A stretch of 58,539 nucleotides of DNA from Alphaproteobacteria bacterium (lineage in GTDB: Bacteria; Pseudomonadota; Alphaproteobacteria; Rs-D84): NCBI GenBank assembly GCA_017471805.1, contig JAFURS010000040.1:1-58539 (forward strand). The letters run 5' to 3'. Positions within the stretch are counted from its first letter, which is position 1. Each line of letters starts with the position of its first letter. Positions 29,124 to 38,068 of the stretch are shown here, in pieces. Below the pieces are notes generated by a model, which had not been told where the DNA came from, ran no database searches, and was given only the letters and a program-made list of their open reading frames with translations. The position numbers and the translations under genes are program-made.

Positions 29124-29471
29124 TTATTGTTTATTTTGCAGAAATTCATCACGTGAAATAACCTGTCCCATTGCATTTGCATAATAAACATATCGTCCAA
29201 CCCGAACACAGTGATAACCATTTGCACAAAATTTTATATTTCTTTGTGCCTGCAACAAGACCCGATTTTTTCCAATTAAATCCGCCCGCACCCCGAACAA
29301 TATTGCCCCAACACGTTGCCAAAACCCATTTGATAAATACGGCGCATACAACACCCCACCCCGCTGTTGCAGACGTGAAAAATTATATCGTTCAAAATGT
29401 GTTTTTAATTTACAGGCTTGATATTGACTCAACCCCATCAGATGACATAACTTGTCTATATTTTTGTGCAT
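29124..29471 (-). CDS. hypothetical basic protein
   Basis: ORF fills the gap between convergent genes; purine-rich leader before ATG 29471. No family recognised. Confidence 0.65.
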   Translation of the reverse strand: MHKNIDKLCHLMGLSQYQACKLKTHFERYNFSRLQQRGGVLYAPYLSNGFWQRVGAILFGVRADLIGKNRVLLQAQRNIKFCANGYHCVRVGRYVYYANAMGQVISRDEFLQNKQ

Positions 29472-29543
29472 AGTATTTTCTCTTTTTACATAATGCACAA
29501 ATTATATATACCCGCATAAAATTCCCAACAGGTATGAATTCAT

Positions 29544-29572
29544 AAAACAAATCCCCCATTTTGGGGGATTGT
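29544..29572 (-). terminator. aspS terminator
   Basis: aatccccca-ttt-tgggggatt stem with a U-rich tail on the minus strand. Confidence 0.75.
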
Positions 29573-29576
29573 GTTC

Positions 29577-31346
29577 CTAGTTCTTTTTTCTAACTTGAAT
29601 ATGAACTTCACGCAACTGTTTTTCAGTCACAGTTGTTGGCGCCCCCATCATCAAGTCTTGCCCACGTTGATTTGTTGGGAAAATCACAACCTGACGCAGA
29701 TTTGGTTCATCCAGCATAATCTGGACCAGTCGGTCCAAACCGAACGCACAACCACCGTGCGGTGGCGCACCATATTGAAATGCGGTATACATACCCCCGA
29801 ACTTTTCCTTAACCACATCTTCGCTGTATCCAGTGATATCAAAACATTTCAACATCACTTCTGGGTTAAAGTTGCGCAATCCACCACTGCAAATTTCTGC
29901 ACCATTTAACACCATATCGAATTGGGCCGCCTTAATATCCAATGGATTTTTTGTATTCAGTTCTTCCAACGTCGCCATCGGATAAGAGAACGGATTATGC
30001 GTGAACGCAATTCCTGTTGGCGATTCTTCATCTTCTTCAAAGAATGGGAATTCTTCTATCCAGCAGAATCTAAATTCTTTTGGATTTATCAGTCCCAAAT
30101 CATCACCCAAACGGTTGCGCAATCTACCTGCGGCCTTGGCGGCTGCATTTTCGGTATCACAGACAAAGAACAAAGACGAATTATCCCCTGCAATTTCACG
30201 CAATTTTGCAATTCGTTCCGCATCTAACTTTTTCGCAACAGGCCCCTTTGCTTCTTCGGCGAATACAATATATCCCAAACCGCCCAGCCCCAGTTCCTTG
30301 ACTGCAAATTCGCCCAATTTATCGAACCAAGAACGTGGTTTATCAGCCGAATTTGGTGCTGGAATTGCACGAACAACGGCCCCATTTTCAATTGCATTTG
30401 CAAAGATTCCAAAATCAGACCCACGGAAAATTTCCGTCACATCACTGATGACAATCGGATTACGCAAATCAGGTTTATCCGAACCATATTTTAACATAGC
30501 CTCGTCAAATGGAATATGTGGGATTTCATCAGCAATAATTGCATCAGGCACAAATTCACGTATCATTTCCGGCATCAGTTTATTACCCACCGCCTGAATA
30601 TCTGGCAGGTCAACAAACGACATTTCCAAATCCAACTGATAAAATTCCAGCAATCTGTCTGCACGTAAATCTTCATCACGGAAACACGGTGCAATCTGGA
30701 AATAGCGGTCAAATCCAGAAATCTGAATAAACTGTTTGAACTGCTGTGGTGCCTGTGGCAACGCATAGAACATACCGTGATGATTACGACTGGGGACGAT
30801 AAAGTCACGGGCCCCTTCTGGGCTGGACGCCGTCAAGATAGGTGTCTGAAATTCAGAAAACCCCATATCCCACATTTTATCACGAATAAATTTCATTACC
30901 CGATTGCGGAACAAGATATTTTTATGCAAACTTTCACGACGCAAATCGATATAACGGTATTTCAAGCGCAAATCTTCGGCAACAGAATCATCATCGCCAA
31001 ACACCTGAAACGGCAAAACATCAGCATTGGTCAACACTTCAAAAGATTCCGCCTGAATTTCGATACCACCTGTTGGGATTTTATCATTAACTGCGGTTGC
31101 GTCACGTGCAACAACCTTACCCACGACCTTGATAACAGATTCCGGGCGCACTTTTTCCAAGACTTCATTACCGCCATCAAAAACCACCTGTGTAATTCCA
31201 TAATTATCACGCAGGTCAACAAACAACAATGCCCCGTGGTCACGCTTACGATGCACCCACCCGGACAAAACAACATTTTCACCAACATTTGTGGTATTTA
31301 ATTCCCCACACGTATGTGTTCTATACTTTGATTTCAAAGATAACAT
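29577..31346 (-). CDS. aspS: aspartate--tRNA ligase (possibly non-discriminating)
   Basis: RTHTCG, RDHG..FVDLRD, PEGARDF, CFRDEDLRADR, PPHGG..GLDR. Start at ATG 31346 after AAGGGA. Confidence 0.98.
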   Translation of the reverse strand: MLSLKSKYRTHTCGELNTTNVGENVVLSGWVHRKRDHGALLFVDLRDNYGITQVVFDGGNEVLEKVRPESVIKVVGKVVARDATAVNDKIPTGGIEIQAESFEVLTNADVLPFQVFGDDDSVAEDLRLKYRYIDLRRESLHKNILFRNRVMKFIRDKMWDMGFSEFQTPILTASSPEGARDFIVPSRNHHGMFYALPQAPQQFKQFIQISGFDRYFQIAPCFRDEDLRADRLLEFYQLDLEMSFVDLPDIQAVGNKLMPEMIREFVPDAIIADEIPHIPFDEAMLKYGSDKPDLRNPIVISDVTEIFRGSDFGIFANAIENGAVVRAIPAPNSADKPRSWFDKLGEFAVKELGLGGLGYIVFAEEAKGPVAKKLDAERIAKLREIAGDNSSLFFVCDTENAAAKAAGRLRNRLGDDLGLINPKEFRFCWIEEFPFFEEDEESPTGIAFTHNPFSYPMATLEELNTKNPLDIKAAQFDMVLNGAEICSGGLRNFNPEVMLKCFDITGYSEDVVKEKFGGMYTAFQYGAPPHGGCAFGLDRLVQIMLDEPNLRQVVIFPTNQRGQDLMMGAPTTVTEKQLREVHIQVRKKN

Positions 31347-31420
31347 TTTGGTCCCTTTTTTTGTAATCCGGGCCCCAAAAAACAAAGTTGAAATTCGGCA
31401 CCCGACTTAATTGTTAACGT

Positions 31421-31525
31421 TCAGGGGCGCAAGTCTAAAATGGCTGCGCGGTGCCACCCTGATTTATAACTTTTACAAAAAAACTCACTCCGTGGTTGTC
31501 AGTCACATCATCGTGCGCTTTTTCA
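31421..31525 (-). promoter_or_regulatory. T-box riboswitch (Asp specifier), minimal architecture
   Basis: Antiterminator UCAGGG-UGGCACC-GCGCAG...UUGCGC-CCCUGA; short Stem I with GA (K-turn) motif and loop ACU-GAC-AAC. Confidence 0.85.
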
Positions 31526-31533
31526 ATATCCCG

Positions 31534-31562
31534 ATATTAGATTAAAAAAATCCCATTTGCAA
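31534..31562 (-). promoter_or_regulatory. sigma70 promoter of the T-box/aspS transcript
   Basis: TTGCAA-N17-TAATAT placing the start site just 5' of Stem I. Confidence 0.65.
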
Positions 31563-31585
31563 TAAAAACTTATCAACCCATACGG

Positions 31586-31650
31586 TGCGTTAACAGTGCC
31601 GTTCCCGCAGTATACTAATGATACACAAGGGAACGGCACCGTTCATAGAT
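31586..31650. repeat. RPE-like palindromic element (partial copy)
   Basis: aacagtgccgttccc-gcagtatactaatgatacacaa-gggaacggcaccgtt; homologous to the copies at 45127-45347. Confidence 0.75.
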
Positions 31651-31656
31651 ATATCA

Positions 31657-32556
31657 TTAGATTCTATTTAAGAAGGCAACTGCATCCATACCTGCCACAC
31701 ACCCTGTCCCGACAGCGGTTGCAATCTGCATTTTTAGTTCGGAATGAACATCGCCTGCGACAAACATACCCGCCGGCAGGGCCGATGGTGCCAACCGCCC
31801 CAACGCATCACGTTTTATATCTTCGGATAAATAATCTGTATTTGCTTCGTGTCCAATGGCGACAAAGACCCCATCAACAACCATTTCTTCGCCGTCTGTG
31901 GTCGTCACAATCAGTTCACCATCTTCGGAATCTGGCTTTGCTGCAATTTTTGCCAGGTCGGTATTAAACAGACATTCAATATTATCACGTGCCTCAACCC
32001 GTTCACGTAAAACCGCCTCGGCCCGGGTAAATGCACCCTTGCGATAAACGATTTTAACCGTCTTTGCTAAATCAGCCAGATACAATGCGTCGTTCAACGC
32101 ACTGTTTCCGCCTCCCAGAACGATGACTGTTTTTCCACTATAAAAGAATCCATCACACGTCGCACAGTATGACACACCCCGTCCCATAAATTCACGTGCG
32201 CCTTCGATTTCCAACTTTCTGGGACTGGCCCCTGTTGCGATAATAACCGTGCGTGCACGATACTCCGTGCCATTATCAGCCACAACGACAAACCCATCTT
32301 GTGCATTACCTGAAACATTTTTTGCAGACACAAAATCCACCACTGCCCCAAATGTTTCACACTGTTTTTGCATAAATTGTGCCAATTCCAGACCACTGCC
32401 GGCCCAACCTGGATAATTTTCCAATACTGCAATTCCTGCGGTCTGTCCCCCCAATCTATCGCCCCCCAGAACTAATGTTTTTTTATTTGCCCGTGCGGTA
32501 TATAATGCCGCTGTTAAACCTGCGGGACCTGAACCTAAAATAATAACATCATACAT
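31657..32556 (-). CDS. trxB: thioredoxin-disulfide reductase
   Basis: GSGPAG, GVSYCATCDG, GGGNSA, FVAGD motifs. Confidence 0.93.
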   Translation of the reverse strand: MYDVIILGSGPAGLTAALYTARANKKTLVLGGDRLGGQTAGIAVLENYPGWAGSGLELAQFMQKQCETFGAVVDFVSAKNVSGNAQDGFVVVADNGTEYRARTVIIATGASPRKLEIEGAREFMGRGVSYCATCDGFFYSGKTVIVLGGGNSALNDALYLADLAKTVKIVYRKGAFTRAEAVLRERVEARDNIECLFNTDLAKIAAKPDSEDGELIVTTTDGEEMVVDGVFVAIGHEANTDYLSEDIKRDALGRLAPSALPAGMFVAGDVHSELKMQIATAVGTGCVAGMDAVAFLNRI

Positions 32557-32632
32557 AATTTACCTTCCTTTACCTGCCCCAGCATAACACAAGGCATAAA
32601 TTCACGCAAACAAAAACCGCACAATGAAAATA

Positions 32633-32661
32633 TTGCATTAAGATTAAAAGTGCTTTATAAT
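32633..32661 (+). promoter_or_regulatory. sigma70 promoter of the serS leader
   Basis: TTGCAT-N17-TATAAT. Confidence 0.75.
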
Positions 32662-32671
32662 ACCAACTGAT

Positions 32672-32728
32672 ATGTCAACAAAATTTGCATATTTTTCATC
32701 TGCATATTCATCCCCGGTTGGGGAATAA
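32672..32728 (+). CDS. putative Ser-rich leader peptide (18 aa)
   Basis: MSTKFAYFSSAYSSPVGE*; 5 Ser codons including two tandem pairs; lies between the promoter and serS. Confidence 0.6.
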   Translation: MSTKFAYFSSAYSSPVGE

Positions 32729-32795
32729 ATCATTTGCAATTTTTTTACTAGAACCTATTATCATTATAAATAAAAATTAACCAAGGAAGACAACA

Positions 32796-34073
32796 ATGTT
32801 GGATATGAAATTTATTCGTGAAAATCCAGACGCAGTAAAAAAGGCCTGCGAATTAAAAGGATTCGAAGATTACACAGACGAAATTTTGGCCCTGGACGCC
32901 CGTGTTCGTGAATTAAAAACAATTACCCAGTCCAAGACCGCCGAAAAAAATAAAATCACACGTGAAATACCAACCGCCACGGACAAAGCACCTTTGATTG
33001 CCGCATCCAAAGAAATTGCGAATGAAATTGCAAACGATATGGCGGAACTGGCTGATAAAGAGGCTCAACTAGACGACCTGTTGCACCGTGTGCCACAAAT
33101 TCCATCTGCGGATGCCCCGATTGGCCGTGACGACAGCGAAAATGTCGAAGTTCGTCGTGTTGGCACCCCACGTGAATTTGACTTTACCCCACGTCCCCAG
33201 TGGGAATTACTGGAAATGAACGGTTGGTGGAAACCTGAAAAGATTGCATCTATCTGTGGCACCCGGACTTACGCCCTGTTTGGCGAAGCCGCCGAACTGG
33301 AACTGGCGATTCAAACATATGTATTACAGAAACTGATGTCCCGTGGTTTTACATTTGTAAATTGTCCATCTATTACAAAGCCCCAAACAATCTTTGACGC
33401 CGGCCATTTCAAAGGCACCGACCAATCGGTTATGGCAAACGACGTATTTATGTTAACCGACACCGACCGTTGTCTGGCAGGCACTGCGGAAATCATCTTA
33501 AATTCCCTGCACAGTGATGAAGTTTTGAACGAAAAAGATTTACCGATTAAATACGCAGGCTTTTCGCCCTGTTTCCGCAAAGAAGCGGGTGCCGCCGGTC
33601 GTGACACCCGTGGAATCGTGCGCATACACCAATTTAACAAGGTCGAACAATACATCTATTGCACACCTGAACAATCTGATGAAATGCACGAACATTTATT
33701 AAACAATCTGTGTGACGTGATGGCTGATTTGGAATTACCATACCGTGTTATTGCCGCCTGCACTGGTGATATGGGCTTTAACAAGGTCAAAATGCACGAC
33801 GTCGAAGCCTGGTTCCCCAGTGAAAACACATACCGTGAATTAGGTTCTTGTTCATCGATTGGCCAATTCCAGGCCCGTCGCACAAACACACGTTTCCGTG
33901 CAAATGACGGTTCAATGCGTTTCTGTGCGACATTGAACAACACCGGCATTGCATTGCCACGTGCAATTGTGCCAGTGATTGAAAACCACCAAAACCCAGA
34001 CGGTTCTGTGAACATTCCAAAATGCTTGCAACCACTGATGGGTGGTCGCACCAAGATTGGTGGAAAGCACTAA
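32796..34073 (+). CDS. serS: serine--tRNA ligase
   Basis: MLDMKFIREN, GTAE, CFRKEAG..GRDTRG..RIHQF.KVE, ELGSCS, TLNNTG.A..R. Confidence 0.98.
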   Translation: MLDMKFIRENPDAVKKACELKGFEDYTDEILALDARVRELKTITQSKTAEKNKITREIPTATDKAPLIAASKEIANEIANDMAELADKEAQLDDLLHRVPQIPSADAPIGRDDSENVEVRRVGTPREFDFTPRPQWELLEMNGWWKPEKIASICGTRTYALFGEAAELELAIQTYVLQKLMSRGFTFVNCPSITKPQTIFDAGHFKGTDQSVMANDVFMLTDTDRCLAGTAEIILNSLHSDEVLNEKDLPIKYAGFSPCFRKEAGAAGRDTRGIVRIHQFNKVEQYIYCTPEQSDEMHEHLLNNLCDVMADLELPYRVIAACTGDMGFNKVKMHDVEAWFPSENTYRELGSCSSIGQFQARRTNTRFRANDGSMRFCATLNNTGIALPRAIVPVIENHQNPDGSVNIPKCLQPLMGGRTKIGGKH

Positions 34074-34074
34074 C

Positions 34075-34102
34075 AAAAAAACGCCCGTTTGGGCGTTTTT
34101 TT
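34075..34102. terminator. bidirectional intrinsic terminator
   Basis: aaaaaaacgccc-gttt-gggcgttttttt. Confidence 0.9.
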
Positions 34103-34568
34103 ATCGTTGAAACTTTTGAAAAAATTTCTTAAATGGTCGAACAAACATATTTGAATTTTGTAATTCTAATATATTATTCAAGCGTCGTGACTCGGCGACA
34201 ATTTTTTTGCCCTGAATTTCATTCTTTCCGTCTGTAATCCAATGGTCAATATATACAGAAATATTATAGAATTGAACATACAAATCGTGGTCGCCCGACG
34301 CCGAAAAAATTGGTTCTACATCTGCAATAATTGCATCCGAAATTCCTTCTTTGCATTTGGCATATTCTGCCAGCGATTTTTTAGGTGCTTTTATCAAGGC
34401 ATCTAATTTCCCCATTGCACCCTGAACATCCTTTTCATATCGTTGATAATATTGTTTTTCCAACGAATTTTCCGACAACCCCTTCAAGGATGTGAACGCA
34501 GACTTAATTGCCAAATAAACTTCTGCAGTTTGCTTAATCTTTATTAATGTTGCATCATAATCTATCAT
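34101..34568 (-). CDS. hypothetical protein (paralog of the upstream gene)
   Basis: 155 aa, helical; DLYVQFYN..IDHW motif; ends KKFFQKFQR. Confidence 0.8.
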   Translation of the reverse strand: MIDYDATLIKIKQTAEVYLAIKSAFTSLKGLSENSLEKQYYQRYEKDVQGAMGKLDALIKAPKKSLAEYAKCKEGISDAIIADVEPIFSASGDHDLYVQFYNISVYIDHWITDGKNEIQGKKIVAESRRLNNILELQNSNMFVRPFKKFFQKFQR

Positions 34569-34577
34569 TTTTTACCC

Positions 34578-35150
34578 CTATCGTTGATATTTTATGTCAT
34601 ACATAAACTGCTTTACTTGTTTCATAACTGGTTTTGCAGATTCTACCTGGGCCAATGCAACCAAACGTTGTGATTGCGCAATAATTTTTTCCGCATCCAC
34701 ATTTGCCGCACATTGAATTGTTGCATCCTTGGACGTGCGTCCATATTCCCAACGCTGAACAGAATTACATAAATTATAAAACTCTGAATGTAAATCACCG
34801 TTTTTTACCGCCCCAAAGAATCCATCCATCTTGCCCAATGCTACTTCGGCCGGACCGTGAACAATATAGAACGCAAACTGCGCATCTTCTGGGGCAACAT
34901 TATTTTCCTTGACCCAGGCATCTGCACGCCCCTGCCAGGCCTGCCAGGTTTTACTGCGTGAAAAATGTTCATCTGGATTTTTTGCAATATTACGCAATTG
35001 AACCATTGAACGACCCGCAGCATAGCGTTTATCAACCGCCGTGCGTTTCCAATTCTTTCTTAATTCGGCACGAAACAAAGAAACCAAACTTTCAAAGCCC
35101 CGCTTTATCGCCAAACGAACATCTTGCTCTGTGAACTTCTGCACCATCAT
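34578..35150 (-). CDS. hypothetical protein (paralog of the downstream gene)
   Basis: SD AAGGAGG before ATG 35150; DLHSEFYN..VQRW motif; ends KQFMYDIKYQR. Confidence 0.8.
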   Translation of the reverse strand: MMVQKFTEQDVRLAIKRGFESLVSLFRAELRKNWKRTAVDKRYAAGRSMVQLRNIAKNPDEHFSRSKTWQAWQGRADAWVKENNVAPEDAQFAFYIVHGPAEVALGKMDGFFGAVKNGDLHSEFYNLCNSVQRWEYGRTSKDATIQCAANVDAEKIIAQSQRLVALAQVESAKPVMKQVKQFMYDIKYQR

Positions 35151-35299
35151 TTTGCCTCCTTTTATTATCTCTTTATAACACTCACACCTACAAATATAGA
35201 CAAAATCAAACAAATGTCAATATTTATGCATAAAAAAGTTGAAAATTCATATTTTTAGTTATACCATATCCCGACAACAAAAATCATAGGGAAATACAA

Positions 35300-37132
35300 A
35301 TGAAGATACGCAACATTGCAATTATTGCGCACGTTGACCACGGCAAGACCACATTGGTTGACAATATGTTAAAACAGGCCGGCACATTTCGTGACAACGA
35401 ACGTGTTGACGAACGTGTTATGGACAGTGGCGACATTGAACGTGAACGTGGCATAACAATTTCTGCCAAACCCACATCTATTCAGTGGGGCGAATACAAG
35501 ATTAACATTGTTGACACACCTGGGCACGCTGACTTTGGTGGCGAAGTTGAACGTATCTTATCGATGGTTGACGGGGTTGTTTTATTGGTCGACAGTGCCG
35601 AAGGTCCCCTGCCCCAAACAAAATTTGTATTATCCAAGGCATTAAAACTAGGCCTGCGTCCGATTGTCTGCATTAACAAGGTTGACCGTGGCGACGCCCG
35701 CCCTGACGAAGTTTTATCTGAAACATTTGACCTGTTTGATAAACTGGGTGCGACCGACTCGCAACTTGATTTCCCGTATTTATATTCTGTTGGTCGTGAC
35801 GGTTGGGCGGTGCGTGACCTGAACGACGAACACAAAGATTTAACACCACTGTTTCAACTGATTATTGACCACGTTCCTGCCCCTGACTGTGGTGGGACCC
35901 GTTGCCAGTTAGACGCACCATTTACAATGCTTGCCACAACCCTAGAAGCCGACCCTTATGTTGGTCGTATCTTAACTGGCAAGATTGAATCCGGCACGGT
36001 CCGTGTTGGTCAATCGGTCAAGGCAATCAACCGCAACGGCGAATTTATTGAAAATGCCAAGATTACAAAAATCATTGAACACCGTGGTGTTGAAAAGATT
36101 TCACGAGAATCTGCATCTGCGGGCGACATTGTTGTAGTAGCGGGCTTTTCCAAAGCGACTGTGGCGGACACCTTGTGTGATCCATCTGTCACCGAACCAA
36201 TTCCTGCGATGCCAATTGACCCACCGACCCTGACGATGACGTTTTTTGTGAACACATCACCATTGGCGGGTAAATCTGGTAAAAAATTAACATCTCGTAT
36301 GATTGGCGAACGCCTGTTCAAAGAAGCCGAAACAAACATTGCCCTGCGTGTTGAGCAAAGTGAAAACAACGAAGCCTTTGAAGTATCTGGTCGTGGCGAA
36401 TTACAACTTGGGATTTTGATTGAAACGATGCGCCGTGAAGGTTTTGAATTATCTGTTTCCCGTCCACGTGTTGTCACAACAACAGACGAAAACGGCAACC
36501 GCTTAGAACCAATCGAAGACGTAGTTATCGACGTTGACGATGAATTTTCTGGTGTTGTAATCGAAAAAATGACCAAGCGCAAGGCTACAATCACAGAAAT
36601 GAAGGCATCAGGTGGTGGCAAAACCCGCATTGTATTTTCCGCCCCATCACGTGGTCTGATTGGTTATCTGTCAGAATTTCGCACAGACACCCGTGGCACA
36701 GGTGTTATGAACCGTGTTTTTGATAAATACGACACATACCGTGGTGCAATTCAACAATACCGCCCAGGCGTATTAGTTTCGATGGAAAAAGGCTCTGCTG
36801 CGACATATGCATTATTTAATTTGCAACCACGTGGCACATTATTCATCGACCCTCAAACAGAAGTATATTCTGGTATGATTATCGGCGAACACAGCAAAGA
36901 AAACGACCTGGAAGTTAATCCGATAAAGGGCAAAGAATTAACCAATATGCGTTCGGTCACGGCTGATGAAAAACTATTCTTGGCCCCACCACGTCGCATT
37001 TCCCTGGAAGAGGCCCTGTCCTATATCCTTGACGACGAATTAGTCGAAGTCACACCGACAACAATTCGCCTGCGCAAGCGTGAACTGGACAGCAACACCC
37101 GTAAAAAACTAAAAAAGCACACCGAAGAATAA
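35300..37132 (+). CDS. typA: translational GTPase TypA/BipA
   Basis: IAHVDHGKTT, DTPGHADFGGEVER, GRGELQL, ELVEVTP..IRLRK. Confidence 0.98.
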   Translation: MKIRNIAIIAHVDHGKTTLVDNMLKQAGTFRDNERVDERVMDSGDIERERGITISAKPTSIQWGEYKINIVDTPGHADFGGEVERILSMVDGVVLLVDSAEGPLPQTKFVLSKALKLGLRPIVCINKVDRGDARPDEVLSETFDLFDKLGATDSQLDFPYLYSVGRDGWAVRDLNDEHKDLTPLFQLIIDHVPAPDCGGTRCQLDAPFTMLATTLEADPYVGRILTGKIESGTVRVGQSVKAINRNGEFIENAKITKIIEHRGVEKISRESASAGDIVVVAGFSKATVADTLCDPSVTEPIPAMPIDPPTLTMTFFVNTSPLAGKSGKKLTSRMIGERLFKEAETNIALRVEQSENNEAFEVSGRGELQLGILIETMRREGFELSVSRPRVVTTTDENGNRLEPIEDVVIDVDDEFSGVVIEKMTKRKATITEMKASGGGKTRIVFSAPSRGLIGYLSEFRTDTRGTGVMNRVFDKYDTYRGAIQQYRPGVLVSMEKGSAATYALFNLQPRGTLFIDPQTEVYSGMIIGEHSKENDLEVNPIKGKELTNMRSVTADEKLFLAPPRRISLEEALSYILDDELVEVTPTTIRLRKRELDSNTRKKLKKHTEE

Positions 37133-37134
37133 AA

Positions 37135-37165
37135 ATAACACCCCAACCTGGGGTGTTATCTTCTG
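37135..37165 (+). terminator. typA terminator
   Basis: ataacacccca-acc-tggggtgttat followed by a pyrimidine tract. Confidence 0.75.
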
Positions 37166-37215
37166 TTATAAAGCCTTTGTTGCAAAAGCAATAAAAATCA
37201 TATACATTATAAAAT

Positions 37216-38064
37216 ATGAAACACAAACGTTTGTTTTTATTTGCCGGCTATGATAAATCTGGCGTGATTGACCCAGCACTGATTCATTACACAAAATCTT
37301 TATCAGAACACGGTGATATTGTCTTGGTTATGGATTGTGATTGTTCTGATTCAGAACTTGAAAAACTTGCCCCATATTGCCTTTACACATCTGGCATTCG
37401 CCACGGAGAATATGACTTTGGCTCATACAAGCGTGCATACACCTGGGCGGCACAAAACTTAACACTGTCCGAATACGAATACGTCTATCTGGTAAATGAT
37501 TCTGTCTATGGGCCACTATATGACATTGCCCCATACCTGGAAAAAATGGAATCACTGGGATGCGATGCATTTGGATTGGTCGCCAATCCACACAAACACC
37601 ACCCACATATTCAGTCTTGGTTTATCGGCACGTGTTGCACTGTATTTTTATCCGACTGGTTTGACACATTTATGCGCTCCATTACTAAATTAAAATCCAA
37701 GGGCGAAATTACCAGCCGATACGAACAAGGATTTTCCAAGGGCATCATTGAACACAATCTGACCTGGCAATGCCTTTACACTATGGCTGGACGTGGTGTG
37801 TATAACAAAGTCAAAAAACTGTATAAGAACAAGATGCCATTTTTGAAGCGTGTTGCATTTTCCCGCAACCACGGCGCATTGGGTGGGCAACTATTATACA
37901 TTTTGAACCATATACCTGATGAAACCCGCATTGCAATCCTTGCGTCTGCGACACGAATTTACGGGATGAAATATATCGACAACCTGCTTACACGCAATCC
38001 TGTAAAAATTTTCATACGCCGACTTCATCACGCCCTATACAAATTATTTATCGAAGGAATATAA
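37216..38064 (+). CDS. rhamnan synthesis F (RgpF)-like protein
   Basis: LFAGYD, EYDFGSYKR, LVNDSVYGP, HIQSWF, RYEQG, MPFLK motifs. Confidence 0.8.
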   Translation: MKHKRLFLFAGYDKSGVIDPALIHYTKSLSEHGDIVLVMDCDCSDSELEKLAPYCLYTSGIRHGEYDFGSYKRAYTWAAQNLTLSEYEYVYLVNDSVYGPLYDIAPYLEKMESLGCDAFGLVANPHKHHPHIQSWFIGTCCTVFLSDWFDTFMRSITKLKSKGEITSRYEQGFSKGIIEHNLTWQCLYTMAGRGVYNKVKKLYKNKMPFLKRVAFSRNHGALGGQLLYILNHIPDETRIAILASATRIYGMKYIDNLLTRNPVKIFIRRLHHALYKLFIEGI

Positions 38065-38068
38065 GCCT

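Noticed and set aside
29483-29512. cer/dif-like site GGTATATATAA-N8-TTATGTAAAAA (minus)
   Set aside because: Weak XerC arm, 8-bp spacer, overlaps an AT-rich promoter, and no skew switch here.
31347-31385. Track N-terminal extension of aspS (TTG start 31385)
   Set aside because: Lies in the riboswitch expression platform; the SD and family N-terminus favour ATG 31346.
36010-36630. Long antisense ORFs (e.g. 36010..36630, 13304..14134, 57007..57690, 30001..30597)
   Set aside because: Shadow frames of well-supported genes on the opposite strand.
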